From: the human T2T-CHM13v2.0 reference genome, Homo sapiens
Length of the DNA: 64,000 nt
Assembly (NCBI RefSeq): GCF_009914755.1
Contig: NC_060926.1
Reading direction: 5' to 3' (one strand)
In this document: positions 1 through 14,265 of the stretch, piece by piece
Position numbering within the stretch: position 1 is the first letter of the stretch
How the letters are laid out: every line of letters begins with the position of its first letter
Notes under the pieces: model-generated
Told to the model about the DNA's origin: nothing
Databases searched by the model: none
The model's input: the letters and a program-made list of their open reading frames with translations, nothing else
Made by a program: the position numbers and the translations under genes

Positions 1-215
1 ATGCATCCTGAAATATTTACATATGAAATTATATTAATGATATAACATGGCTGGGATTTGCCTAGTATCATCCAGGGAAGGGGGAAGAAGAAGAGCCACA
101 GAAAAATGCAATTGGTCATAAGCTGAACATTGTCAAAATGTAGTGACAGATATAAGGGAGATCAACATATTATTTGTCTACTTTTGTACATGTTGAAAAT
201 TTTTTTAACAAAATT
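1..215 (+). mobile_element. Old L1 (L1M) 3'-end fragment
   Basis: ...ctacttttgtacatgttgaaaattttt... resembles L1MC/ME 3' termini. Confidence 0.5.
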
Positions 216-1982
216 TGTTTTAATATTAAAATTCCTACACTCCCATGCCTGCTAGATTTTGCTTCCTCTAAGTTTTTTCAATATAAGCATATTTTTTACT
301 AAGTTTCTATGGGTTTTTTTTTTACTACCATCATCATCTACTAAAAGTCATTTACTAAGTATCTCATATGTGGGCCTCGATTTAACAAAATTCACATGTC
401 GCCAAAGCGTAGACATAAAACTACATGGAATTAGAAAGAAAATCAACTTAATAGAGTCACTTTGTAGACCAAAAGACCTGGGCAGCTTCTAACGAAATGC
501 TTAATTAGGAACCACAAACCTTCCCAAACAATAAGCAATCAGAACTTCTTAAAAAGCCACCCCTGTAAAACAGTTATTGCTGCTGTATAACATAATATAG
601 GCCCACCTGGAAAGATTCTTTAAAACATCTGGAGTCCAAATACATCTGCTACAGGTGAGCAAACAAAGCCTCCATAAAGCCACAGAACAGACAAAATAAG
701 CTGATTGACCAGAGGGGCACATTTATGAATAGCCCATTAGGAAGAGGGATACACAGCACTTCTATCCACGGCACATTCTCAAGAAAAGGAAGCCACATAG
801 AAGTACAATGAAGCATCAGTCAAAACCATCCTCATTTGCATTTGGTGCAAAATAAACTTTCCCAATTCAGACAGACAGCAAATATTTAACAAGGAAAGAA
901 GAGAAGCAGGTGCAGTATTTGAGCAATTGGAAACGACTCCTGGCATCATTGAGAGAGTCATCGGTGGGACATTTAGGTCAGTGACCTCCAGACACAACTA
1001 GTGCTTTTGATCTTTATAAAAAATAGAAGGTATTTTAAGAGGGGAATCATCCTTGCTCCCCAGCCCCAGAGTTCCAACCAAATAAAAACACATGGCAAGG
1101 CGGTGGTGAAAAACCTCAGCCATCAGTCAAAGTAAGTAACACAAGTAAAGCCTGAAAAGTGGTTGAATTCGGACTTCAGGTGAGATCAACAAGGTGTTGA
1201 TTTTTGGAGTTTCTAGTTGATGTCCTCAAAGCTTCAAGACACTTAAGGAGCAGCTTTCTGAGTGGCTGTAAGCCAATATCTTCGTAAATGTGTCCACCAT
1301 GCCATCTGCGCCAGAACCACCCTGAGGTGTTGCTGAATGCGGACCTCCTAAATTAAAATGGCAAGTGTGACTAAGGACTCCAAATTTTTAAGCCCCCTAG
1401 CTGGTATGTATGCCCACTCAAATTTGAGAACCATTGTACAAATTGGAGAACCAGGCCCGAACAGTGAAGGTTATCAGAAGATCTCAAAATGCCCCACAGC
1501 AGAAGCAAATGCTTATTATTTTTGCTTTACATAAAGTGCAAGTAAAATCATTTTTAAATTGCCTGTCTCATGTCTACAAAACTTGGCAGGAGGATGGAGG
1601 TAAGGGTTGGAGGATATTCAGTGTCAGAGATTTTAACTCTGGCTAGAATTCTTATTTTTTTACTCTTTTGAGTTATATAGGTTTAGTGTTCATGAAAAAA
1701 AAAAAAAAGAATTAGCTTCATGACGGAAGAGACTGACCCATTATTTTTGTTGATTACCTATGGTATAGAGTATATTTAGGCATCTAGGACAAAGACATAT
1801 TCGTGTTGCCTACTATGTATGGAAAGCAAATCTCGAGCAAAAGCTTAGAGCTGGGTTCAAATTCCACTTATCAGCTGTGACTTTAGCTCATTCACCTAAC
1901 CTTTCTAACCATGTTCTTCATATTTAAACTGAGAACAATGATAATGTCTCCCAGGATACTGGGAGGATCAAATGGAGTACTA

Positions 1983-2338
1983 CGTCTTAATTCATTCAAG
2001 CTGCTTTAATAAAATACCTTAGTCTGGTTTCCTGATAAACAATAGAAATTTATTTCTCACAGTTCTGGGGGTTGGGAAGTCCAAGATCAAGGCTGAGATC
2101 GATTCCATGTCTGGCAAGGGTCCACTTCCTCATAGACAGCCATCTTCTCACTCTAACTTCACACAGTGCAAGGGGTTAAGGGTCTTAGTCCCTTTTATAA
2201 AGGCATTAATCCCATTCATGAGTGCTCTGCCCCCATGACCTAATCACCTTCCAAAGGCCCCACCTCCTAATACCATCACTGTGGGGGTAAGGATTTCAAC
2301 ATATGAATTTGGGGGAACATAAACATTCAGACAACAGC
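1983..2338 (-). mobile_element. MaLR LTR (MLT1A-like), within a MIR
   Basis: tttatttctcacagttctgg...gtccaagatcaagg...ccccacctcctaataccatcac...atatgaatttggggg; MIR core sequence at ~1845-1980. Confidence 0.75.
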
Positions 2339-3076
2339 CTAGTGTATGTTTTTAAAAAGCCTTTTGAAATCTTCTGTGCAAAAATTGAGCATAAATTGTT
2401 ATAATTATTTATTTGCCCAACAGCATTCAGCCATGTAACCACTACCGAGCACCTACTAGATGCAGACACTACACTGGTAGACACTGGGCTATTACCATGG
2501 TATTACCTGGGCTGTTACCATGGCATTATTATGCAAATAGAACAAACATAATACTTACATGACTACGACAGGTAGGGAGGGGTTCTGCCTGTAAAAGGAG
2601 TCTTTGAAAAGGGAACTGGGGAGAATTATTGAGCAGGGAGTGGGACACACTAAAAATTATTTGTTGTATATACTACGGGGAGGACAGTCAATACAGGATA
2701 ATCAGTCAACTGAAATCCCTTACTGTAGGACTCTGAGAATTCTATGAGAAATTCTGGGCCAAGATCTCTACTTGTAGAGACTTGTAGGGATGCAGCTTTG
2801 AAATTAGCAAGCAGTTAGAAGAGATGATGGAGTATATTTCTCTCTCTGATTTAGCAATTTAAAAGAAATCAACCACTCTCTCCCCATCAGTTCTCAATTG
2901 GCAGATTTTGCTAGACTTGTCAAAAACTGACTGAGCAGTATTTCTATTTATCAGGAAGCAATCAATGTGAGTAGTGTGACTTTCCTGTTGCTCTCCATCA
3001 GTAAATGGACATAACTCAGCTGGGAGGACTCCAAGGTGCCAGTGAGGGCACCTGTCTGCCCCCTCTCTGTACCTAA

Positions 3077-3370
<294 letters not shown>

Positions 3371-4004
3371 AACCCTCTCTGTATCTTGTCTCTACCCTTC
3401 CTCTGCCCCTTCCTGAAAGCCCTGTATTCCGAGTCTCTCCCAGCAGAAGGAGAACACTGATAAATCACTAACACGATTTTGATTTTAGTTATGTGTTACC
3501 CCCATAATGCTGTGTGCACTTTTAAAGAGGAAACCCAAAGAATATATTCCTGATGATGGTTTCAGGCAGGAATGTCTAGGAGCAGGAGAGAGATCATTTT
3601 GGGTCTGCCAATCACATCTGTGGGTGCCTCTGCCTCCAAGCCTACACCTCTCTGCCATGCTGTTGCCCATTTCACTCTCTGGCCATGCTTAGTGCTCAGC
3701 CACTCTCAAGTGCCACACAGCGGTGCATGGCTCTGCCATTGTTGGTGTCTGGAGTAACAGCTGTGGTCATTTCTTTCTTCGGGGAGAGCCAAAACTCACC
3801 CTCTTCCCTGGGCACTCCTCACCTCTGCTCCTCAGTCATTTCCTAATCAAGAACAACTTTTAGTTTCCTAAAATTATTAAGAATGTCATAAAGGATCGGG
3901 CTGGCATGCAGAAGGGAAGCACTGAGAGTATAAGTCCTTGTCTGGGACAATAGCCAAAGATTTTCCCTTGGGCATTTCCCTAATTCCCTTATTTTTTTTC
4001 ATAG

Positions 4005-4289
4005 CTTCCTCAAATCCCACCTCCTCAGGGTCTCCATCCTGAACAACCCTGTTGAAAACCACACCTCCTCCTCACCTCATGCCCACACTCTCCCTTTTCT
4101 TCCTACCATAACATTTATCACCATCTAAGATGCTATAAAATCTACTTACTTACTTCACCTATGGTTTGCTTGTTTCTTCTTCCACTGATTGTAAGCTTCT
4201 TGGTGTCAGGAATATTTAGTTTGTTTACCAATATACGCCAAGTGCCTAGAAGTGTGCCTGATGCTCCATAAATACTTGTTGAATGAATA
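4005..4289 (+). mobile_element. L2 3' end
   Basis: ...tgtaagctt...agtgcctagaa...ataaatacttgttgaatgaat, the typical L2 terminus. Confidence 0.7.
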
Positions 4290-7200
4290 TATGTTATCAA
4301 TGGCTAATCAGTGTATTTAAGAAGCCCAGTTGTTAACTGAAGGAGAGGTAAAAGGGAAAGAAGGACCTACTCTCTGCTAGGCCCTGCACAGGCATTTATA
4401 TTTATTAACACAGTACTGCTCATTCCTCACAGAGGTTCGAAAACACAGACCTTTAACCAACAAGTCTCAACCTAACAGTCCATGCTAAAGCCCAGCCTGG
4501 GTGGCATTCAACAGGAGAGGTAGAATTTACCTTGTTCCCAAGACTTCTGGAAATTCCTACAGGGAAAAAGAAATACTGCCTGGTCAAGGACTTACGTCCC
4601 ATGTGATTCCCTTCACCACTTCATCCCCAGTTCATTACAAAAATGTTAAGGATTTTTAGAAACTAAAAGTAGCTCTTCATCAGGAAGCACTAGGGAGTTG
4701 CCAAACACCCCACTGAGGACTCTGCGCCAGACCACAGACACAACTCATGCCATAAAAGTAGATAAATCAAACCCATGTGTGGGCTATTAAAATTGCATTA
4801 AAATATATATATGAGCAAATGTAGCCCATGAGATGGGAGCTGGCTGCTGGAAAAATCACTGGCCCAGAACAAGGGGTTTGGCCGTTGCATCTCACCAGGC
4901 CTTCACCAGCCCCCATCGCTCAAATCCTGCTTGTCTCCCAAAGTCTAAAATGATAGCATCGGCATTTTGCATCCTCTGTCTACTGAGATGGAAGCCTCTC
5001 GTGGAAAAAATTCTGGAAAGGCATACACCAGCTCATTCACAGCAGCTACCTCTCGGGAGGAAATTGTAGGGGAAAGCAGGAGATACTTTTAAATTCATGC
5101 ACTTTGGGATTTTATAATCTGTCAAAACAAGCATGTATTACTTTTGTAATTTAAGAAGTCAATCATGAGTCTTTTGTTAAGGGTTCTGTGGAGGATAAAA
5201 GTAGGTTCCTCAGACAGATGACTATATGGAAATTCTCAATGACAGACAATTGCAGCTTGCTCCAGTGGGAAGCAAGGAAAAACAGGAATCTCATCCAGCT
5301 GGTCGTCACCAATGCCACGTCTTCTCAGGACCCAGCGTTCAGCCTCTCAGAGGGGGCTTCACACCTGGGCTTCTCTTGTGTTCCTTTAGCCTCGATGGAG
5401 CAAGTGTTCGCTTCATCAACATTCTGCTCCGGAAGGCGGTCTGCAGTGTTCCCTGCAAGACTGCCTGCCTGAGACCAGGGCCACTCCCAGACTATTTCAA
5501 ACGATCCCTTGTTTGCCTGATGCCCAGGGTCCCGCTGAACAAATTGGTTTAAACCCTCGAGCCCTGTTCCAAAGGGGATACAGCAAAGGGATTTATGAGA
5601 AGTCATGTCTGCAGACAAGAGGAAAATATTGGGTAATCAGAGCAGTCTTGCAGAGGCTGGCGGTGGTAACTAGACGTCCGCTCTGAGGCAAGGCAGAGAA
5701 CTGGGTCATGTTACCTGGACTCCATGGCACCACAGTGGGTCCCATTCACAAAACCACACCCCATGGCCCAGAGCCGGTAGAGGCTCCATGCCAAGGGCAT
5801 CTTTTCCAAAATGTGGCAACTCAGATGTGTAATCAGAAAGAGTCTACATTTCCCTGTGGTCAGTGTCTGTGACTAAAAGTGAGGCAAGGCTGGCATTGCA
5901 CAATGACTTTTAGAGTTGGAAGGGACTGTGGGTGGATCTAGAGGGTGATTTCAGACTGGACTTCACAGAGCCCCCAGGGTCAGAGCCAGCATCTCAGGAC
6001 ACAAGGGTGAAGCTAACGGGGTCTCTGAGATGCCCGCTCTGTATTTATCAAGAGTGGTTTACCATTGATCCATGTTATATTTGGCTTCTTCTGTAAATGC
6101 CAGGCAGCTTTGTGGTCCAATCTTGGTGTGGAGTCACATTCAAAGAAACAGCTGTCATTCAAAAAATATATAATCTAAAGCAATTCAAATCTATACTCAG
6201 TCTCTAAAGAAAAAGCCCAAGGGGTGAAGAGTGCATTTAATGCACACCAAGATATCTTTAAAATCCATTACTCCCAATTGCTGCCATTCTCAATCTCCTT
6301 CATCCAGATGGCAGGTGCTTCCTGAAATCTTATGTTCCTTCTTACTTTCACAGCCAGAACAAAAACTTTCCACGACAACCAACCTGTGAGGTTCCTCCAC
6401 CTCTCTTTCCTCCCTTGTCTGGCTCAGTTCCCCTTTATGTAGCTCAACTTAGCCTGTCTGACTTCACCAGTTGAGTTTTTATTTTCCCGTTGTTTGCCCT
6501 GAGTCTGCCCCACACAGCAAAGCCCAGGTGCTGCTGTAGCCCATATGAACTCTTGGTAGGCAGGGAAAATGAAAGAAGTCTGTGAATCCTAATACGGTAG
6601 TCATTTCTACCTCATTGCATTGAAGTCCCACAGAAAAAAATCATTTGTAAAAGGATATCACTAATCTAATCTTCCTAATTGGCATCTCTGAGAAAATTCT
6701 AACTGGTAATCATTCTGCCTCTACACACCCAGTGACAAGGAGGGCATTACTTTACAAAGCAACATGCATACGTGTTAGCCAGGTTTCATTTTTTTCAAGT
6801 TCTTCCCTGGCCAATTTTTCATAAGGTTTGAGGTCTGGCCAAAAGTCCTTCTGCTTAAAAATATTTCTTTCTGTCAATCAGAAGAAATGTCTCAATGTCT
6901 GAGATTCCCACATTGTGTTCTCAAGGACTAGTTAAATATAAATATATTTTCTAAAACAAGTAAACTCTTCAGTCACTAACACCAGCCTTATTCTTTGAAT
7001 TTATTTCTCACGTTAGCTAGCCAGGCAACCAGTGATACCTCGAGACCTTGGGTTAGGAGTGAAGAAGGAAAAACTTCCAAAGTATGAAGTGACCAGGAGG
7101 CAAGGCCCAGAGAGAGTCACAACGAAGTGGGAGGAGGGGCTAGAGCCTGAAGAAAGGGCAGATTCAAAGACAGACAGTGATGGCGACCCCTGCCCAACCC

Positions 7201-8098
7201 ACAGCCCTCAGAGGAACAGGCCTTGAACCACCAGACACAGCCATCCCAGAAGCCTTGAGCTGTCACTGTCAGTGGACACTGTGGTCCCAGACGTATTTTT
7301 GGAATGATGTATCCCCTGAGGGCACATCCTCAACAAACACTCCTGACACAGAAAACTCACTAACTCCTCTCTGGTTTAATGACCCCACTGGAACTTATCA
7401 CTTGATTCCAAATACCTCACCTATCCTGTCACCCAGCTCTCTTCTATCCCAAACCTCACCCTCTCCAAGCCTACCCAACTGCTACCCTTTCGTCTCCTGG
7501 AGGGGAAAAGAACCTGTTTCCCAACCCAGCGTAATGTGTTCCCATGATCCAGCAAGCTCTGGCCCTCCAAAGCCTCTCCCCACAACAAGCCTTTTTCTTC
7601 TCCCACTTGCCTCCAACTGTCAATTATTAGCTGTGTTTCCAGCCTCTGAAGGAGTTTAGCTACTTCACAGTTTCACCCAGGGACACCTTTCCTGCCTAAT
7701 ATTGCAAAACCACGCTGTGGAATACTTGCCTTCTCAGGGCTCTCTAAATACTGTCTCTAAATACAGAGGGTATTGTGAGAATCTACCAAATAGAGGTTCC
7801 CCTGATATGTGTTCAACATTAACACCAATGGCAATAGCAATGACAAATATATTGCAGACAAATGCTCAGTATGGACCTGTCCTAGAGCCCAATCCAACCC
7901 CAGTGGAAGTGGGCATTTATTGCTTGTGTCAAATTCACACTCACTCTCTTCTGATTTGCCTTTTGGAATTTTCATTCAAATCACTTGTCCCTCTCCTGGC
8001 CAGAAATGGGTTCACGGCACAGTGAGGCCACCTCTCTTCCCCAGGAATTTGCATCTTGAGCTGACAGACCCAAAACTGGAACTAACAGGAGCAAATTC

Positions 8099-8184
8099 CT
8101 CCAGAAGGCTGTGCCTTACAGAGACTGGACAATTGTTTGAGCTCCAGAAGGCTGTGCCCTACAGAGACTGGACAATTGTTTGAG
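8099..8184. repeat. 43-bp tandem duplication
   Basis: CTCCAGAAGGCTGTGCC(T/C)TACAGAGACTGGACAATTGTTTGAG x2, one mismatch. Confidence 0.9.
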
Positions 8185-10339
8185 AGGCAACATGTGGCAC
8201 CACATGAGTACTAGAACCAGCTGGCCCAAGACTGAACATGGCTCTACTATTTATTGTCCATGTGACTGTGGATTACTTAGGTTTACTTCTCTCTGCCTCA
8301 TTTTTTTCTGCAGAAAAGCAATATGCACTGCCCATTGGGGTCTTCTTAGGTTCAAATAAACATTAAGACTCACAAGACAGCAATAAGCACCAAAAGCTCC
8401 ACATTTGGCATCAGTTTATTGAGAAGCATATCAGATGTTCTTCAGCACAAGAGTCCTTTCAATAGTCCACACAATAAAAATTAGGCTTAAGATCCACATC
8501 AGGTGGGAATTGCTCCAGATTAAAAACCTCATGACCTCTCCTCCCCCTTCACCCTCTTCTTCTCCAATAGCTGGTAGTTCTTGCAACAATTCCAGAGGCA
8601 TAGCTTTCAGGTCCTCCCATAAGGACATGTAAGTTGTAAAAGTCAGAGAAGCCCAAAACTACAGCTTCCTAACAGGTATTTATAGTTCTGTCAGTCTAGG
8701 AGCAATTTCCCAATCAAGGGTCATTTTTACCATGAGCAATGTCTCCTAGCATCATGGTTGACACATAGCATCATAACTGGTTTCCAGAGAACAGGCAGTT
8801 AACGAAAGGTCAATTAGGTTTTGTAACTCTTTTACCCACAGCATAACAAGTATACCCAACTTATAGCACTGTATCAAGAAGCAGATGAATTAGTGCATGC
8901 CAAGGGCTTAGAACAAGGGCTGGAACATAGGAAGCTCTCAATAAATGTTAGTTATTGTTATTGGATATTTCTGGGATAGTCTGTATTTTCTCTGCCTTAC
9001 AAGATCTGATGATCCAGTTATTTCTTCAGTTCTCTTAGCTACCACCAATCCTTCCAGTAAACTGAACCTTTGCTTACGTTGATCAGTACCTTTCTACTAC
9101 AATTTATCAATTTGAATTACCTTGGAGTAGCCAGAGGAGAAAGAACCCATCTGAACCAGGTAGTCTAAACCTACCTGACTATAGGACTTTTGCTGAAGCT
9201 CAGATTTCTCAAGTTACTGAGAGTCTGAAAACTTCCAACATCCCACTGGCCCAGAGTGACAAGTGACCTGAAGCCTATGTGGCTTCCAGCCCAGAGCCTT
9301 CGGTGACTGCCATCAAGGAAGAAGCCCTGTTGCTCCACTTACTTCACTCTGTGATTTTAGGTTGCTGTGTTTATTAGCGACTTGTGGGAAGAATGTTGTC
9401 AGTGTACACAGGTTCAAGTAGAGAGTGGTCTCAGAGAAGCAGCTAATTAGGGAGCAGGGTGTCAAACTCAAGTAAACAAGACAGGGATGCTTTTATCCTT
9501 TTATGATCCTTGGCCAGAGCAAAGACCTCAAGCCAGGGAGGAGCAGGTTATGGTAAATCTGTGCCTAAAGGGGAATCACTACAAATGGCATATTCATTTC
9601 TTTCTTCTGCTATTGGTGAATGGGAATGATGGTATCAGCAAATTTTGTTCCCCTTCATTTCACTGAGGTAACTGTCTGGTGTTGAAACAGGATGACTCAC
9701 TTTAAAGCATTTCTCCTCCCGTCTCCTTCTTAGGGTCATGGTGTCTGGTTTTCTGAATTGATAGTTCCTTTCCTTGTCCCAGTTCCCCCAAGTCCCCTGC
9801 CTCCAGCACGCTGGGTCTGGCCTGGCTTCCACCTTTCTGCCTCCGACACTCCGACTAAAGCGTTCAGAGCAAGGAACCAAGGTGGCTTTTCTTGGTTTTC
9901 TTGTCCTGGAGCCTGGTAGAGTGATTGGAACTGTACTCCTTGCTAAAGTGAGTCTTCAGGCACTGGGTCTAAGGAACATTGCCTGGGAAGATGACTTCTT
10001 CAGAATAGAGGAGAGGGTAAATGGATACAAAACATAAGCAAATGTCCTGATACAGGCTGAGACTTCCACTGCCATCTTTCCCTCCAGAAGCGAGGCAATG
10101 CAGTCCAGCCCCCGGTGCCTCCCAGTGGGCTCAGGCTTCTTTGTGCTACTGTCCTACCTGATATAGACTAGTCATTGTCTTCATAGATGACCATTACCTG
10201 TGCTATTAGTTACCTATTTTACTTCAAATTATTCCGCTCTTTTTCTTTTCCTTAAATGCCTATTTTACTCTAAGTTCAAAATATCCAATGCAATCGTAAG
10301 TTCCATGTATTTTGTATTTCCTTAATAAACACCTATAGA

Positions 10340-10900
10340 ACTCTCATAATGTAACCAAATATTAACTCATTACAAATATTAACTCATTGAATCTTTGCAA
10401 TAACCCTGTGAGGTAGGGCTACTATTATCCCCAATTTACAGATTAGGAAATTGAGACTTAAACTAATGAGGAAATAATCATATCATAAGTCATAAATTGG
10501 AATTAGAATCCAGGTAGGATGGCTCTGGAACTTGAGTTTAGCCTGAGTTCACCTGAGTTAACCCCTATGCTATTCTTCTTGTCCCCCTTTTAAATTAGAT
10601 TAAAATAAAAGCCTAAATATTAAAATGTTTCTATTTCCATTCATGCATTACCTGAAATTATCTCATGTCCTACCAGTGGCATATACCACACTTTGAGAAA
10701 CACCAGTTGAGTAAAAGGAGCTGTGAACTTAGACTTAACTTCAGTTTCTTTCTCACTATTTACTGGCTGTGCGCCCTTGAGCAAATTTCTCAAGCCGTCT
10801 AAGCCTCGGTTTCCCCACGGGTTTACTAGTGACAATAATCCCTACGTCTCCCATGGGTGGTTGGAGAGACTAAGGCAATCATACCATGGAAACTGCTTTG
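10340..10900. mobile_element. Two MIR fragments in opposite orientation
   Basis: ccccaatttacagattaggaaattgagact (minus) and ccttgagcaaatttctc...aagcctcggtttcccc (plus). Confidence 0.6.
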
Positions 10901-12502
10901 GGAAATACTGTCACCACAAGTCAACATTATCCCCTCTGATGATGAATAACCACTTAAAATTAAGGAAGCAATGCCCCTAGTTTTCATTACAAGCAGCCCT
11001 TGCTGGTTGGAAAATCTTTCCAATAAAAAGTAGATCCTTATGTTCCTTTGTGCTAGATATTGTTGCTGTTGCCACCAATCCAAAGTAAATTACTGCATGA
11101 AGTAAGGTCTGTTTATACTATTCCAGTACCTGATGACTTCCTATGCAGAACATTCAATGTGAGCATCTCAGCCAAAGGCCCATAAAGCCATTTCCCCCAC
11201 ACTTTACACTTAGGTGTGCTAAACATCTGCTTTTCTTGGCCACCTGAGTTGACGAGTTTCACTTTGCACCACAGTGAGGTCCAGGTGTCAAGCAAGGACT
11301 CAGACAGTTTCTTCCCTCCATGCCTCAAGAGGGGTCTGAGTTTATAGCCCTATTTCCCCTGCAAGAGCTAGTGGTGAGGAAACCCCGCAGCTGGGCGTCA
11401 TTACACTCAATCAATGGCCACGACTTTTTTTTTCAAGGTAGCAGGCAGGGCCGAAGGTTGCATTCTCAAATTTTCAGCCAGGTTGAAGCTGTGGCCATCT
11501 GGAAAGATGGGTATGAATATAAACCTTGATGAGGGATCTTTTGTTTTGCCTTTTTGGGAGCTCCTCCAACGTGAAAACGCCTCGAGTCCTTACCCTGGGG
11601 GTAATGTGTTTTCTTGACTGATCCTGTGAGTGTGGGCAAGCATCTAATCTCAGCTTATTTCTGCTTCTCTTCGTTATCAATTTAAAATGAGAATAAATAA
11701 CATAATGCTTGTACAGTGTTTTGATATCCTTGCAGGAACAGTAATCTGTAATACATAAGTGAAACCCTTACAATGGAGATGGCTTTCGGGGACTCTTACC
11801 TGATTCTAACACCCTTCAGTGTCAGAGGATGTCTTTTGAGCCCTGTACCACTTTTCACCTTGGAGAATACATCTCATGTAAGAGATAACATTATCTGATA
11901 ACTGGCTATTGTGAGAGGAAAGGCAAGATAAATAAACACCTCCTGATGCAGAGGAAGCATCTCCTGAATCCCACATGGCTTATCTCTGTACCTCTGCTGG
12001 CCAAACCAGAGTCTCCTAACATGGGAAGAAAGCAACTCTTTTCCTGAAACAATACAGGCTGTATTTTGGAGACCAGATCTCATCAAGGAAATGATTCAAA
12101 ATCTGTTGCAACTGCACCAATATACTGATAGCCCAAGTGTTGCCCTTCACTGCTTTTGTATTTAATAACATGGGGGTTTTTCAAGGCTCAGTAACACCTC
12201 AGAGCATGACAGTAAAAATGGAAAATGGACCAAAAGCATAAGTTTACGTTCTTTCTGAAAGGAGATTTGCACATGCGGTCCTGTTTGACATATCTCTGTG
12301 CTTATAGTCCAGTCCTGCCAGTAGTTTTCCTAAGCTACCTCCACTGCCTATTGAACAGGCATAGATCACTTTTTAAACAGTGGTCATGGTTGTCTCTAAA
12401 TAGCCATATTCACGTGGCTACTTGGGATTTTTCCCTTCAACCATTCCTTTAATGCAGAGATGTATTTAAACACCTGTATTTTAAAGATGGGCTTTACAAT
12501 GT

Positions 12503-13136
12503 TGAAGTGGTGTCATCTGGGGTAAATACCTGAAGTTCATTGTCTCAGGCCAAGAGAATCAAGCATACCGACGCAAGAAGTGGGTTTAGGAGCAGAGGTT
12601 TAATAAGCAAAAGAAAGAGAAAGGAGAACAGCTCTCTCTCCTGGGACAGAGGGGGCACCCCAATGGGACTTCTGACCCATAGCGGAGTACACCAGATTTT
12701 ACCGACAGGCTTGAGGAAGCGGTGTCTGATTTAAATAGGGCCCAAAGATTGGTTGGGCCAGGTGTGATGTTTACATAATGCACGGGGAAACTGGCTGCCC
12801 CACCCTAATCTTATTATGCAAATGAGGTTTTTGCCTGGCCTGCGCCATGTCGCCTGCTTCTTACTGTACACGTGGCTGGCAAAGAGAAGAGGAGATGGAA
12901 CCAGCATTTTGAACACACCTAGTCCCACATAGCCTTTTCGTATTGGCACAATTGCCGGCATTCACCCATGCAAGCTTCCAGCTTGCTTGTCTATGTCTGC
13001 AGCTTGATTTTACAGGCTGCTCTTTGTTAGAAAAGAAAATGATGTGGGGGCTGCCTTTTATTCAAAAGAAAACCTTACCGAGGACTCTCATACACTCACC
13101 ATCTGCCTAAATAATTCCTTTTTAACTCCTATATCA
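12503..13136 (-). mobile_element. MER50 solo LTR (ERV1)
   Basis: Reverse strand starts TGATATAGGAGTTAAAAAGGAATTATTTAGGCAGATGG, as in MER50; TG...CA termini. Confidence 0.8.
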
Positions 13137-14265
13137 TTGTTCCCTGTCCATCCACATCTCCCAAAGCCATCATCTTTGATACTGTGCTCTGTGTTCCCAA
13201 GCTAATGGAACCAGACATCTTCCTGTGCCTCAAACCTTCAGCCTTATGATAACCATGACACCTCCATTATAAGCAAGAAAACCCAGACATGTAAAGGTCA
13301 TAAACCTAGGGGTGGTTGACCCAGGGTTTACACCTGGCTGACATCCGAGTCCTGTATCCCCTCTATTAAACAAACCAAATTCTCTTACCTCCGCTCTGAG
13401 CTATCTCAATGGGCATAACTAATTGCCCACTTCCCTTTATCAGCAGTGTCCTCCCTTCTTTCCTCTCATACCTGGGAGCCCAGCCTCTCTGAGCTGCACC
13501 ACAACCTTTTTCCTCTGAGTCTTGTATTTTCTCTTTTCCAATGACTCTCCTTTCCTATCCTCCTTTCCTTCTCTTTTCCTATCATAGCCAAATTCCTGAA
13601 AAGCCAACTATACTCTTCCCATTGCTCAATTCCAATCTGCTCCTCACTCCCTTGGAATTGACCACCAAAAGGACAGCTTCAATTCACTGCTGGTCTATTC
13701 CTTTATTTTTTATCACATTCAGATTCCATTCAGGCCTCAGGCAAACAAGTATATGCTGATGTTCATGCAATTGTGTATGCCATAAAGAGATTTATATCCA
13801 GATATACACTTTTGTCCACAAATATTTCAAAGCATCTTACTAACAATTCTTCCAGGTCTTTTGTTTTCCTTTTAATTGCTGAACAATTTAAGCTACCTGG
13901 AAGTAAGAACTATGTCCTCTTGCTTTCAGTAGTGGGACTTAGGACAATTGTATAATTAAATTAGAATCAAATATTAGATTAAATTCAAGCCATTTCTACC
14001 AAATCAAATCAACTGCATTTATTCTGTTAATACTGCAGCTCCCGTAACTTCAGACAACAGGAACAGTATGTAAGAAGAGCTGCATTATCTAGGTAACAAC
14101 TTGTTTTTTGAAAGTTGCTAATATTACATAAAAACCCCACTTTGGATAGATGGAAGAGAGAGACAGAAAGAAGAAATTAAATTGTTGTTAGCTCTATCAA
14201 AAACCTGGACTGTGTGAGCAGGAGTTTAAGGGAAAAACAACTTTGAGGCATTGCTGGTGTGAGTG

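Noticed and set aside
2484-2528. Short tandem duplication (similar ones near 10358, 19543 and 35930)
   Set aside because: Ordinary 12-23 bp slippage duplications with no further structure.
7177-7659. 160-aa Pro/Ser/Thr-rich ORF
   Set aside because: No recognisable domain, splice context or codon signal; consistent with chance in C-rich sequence.
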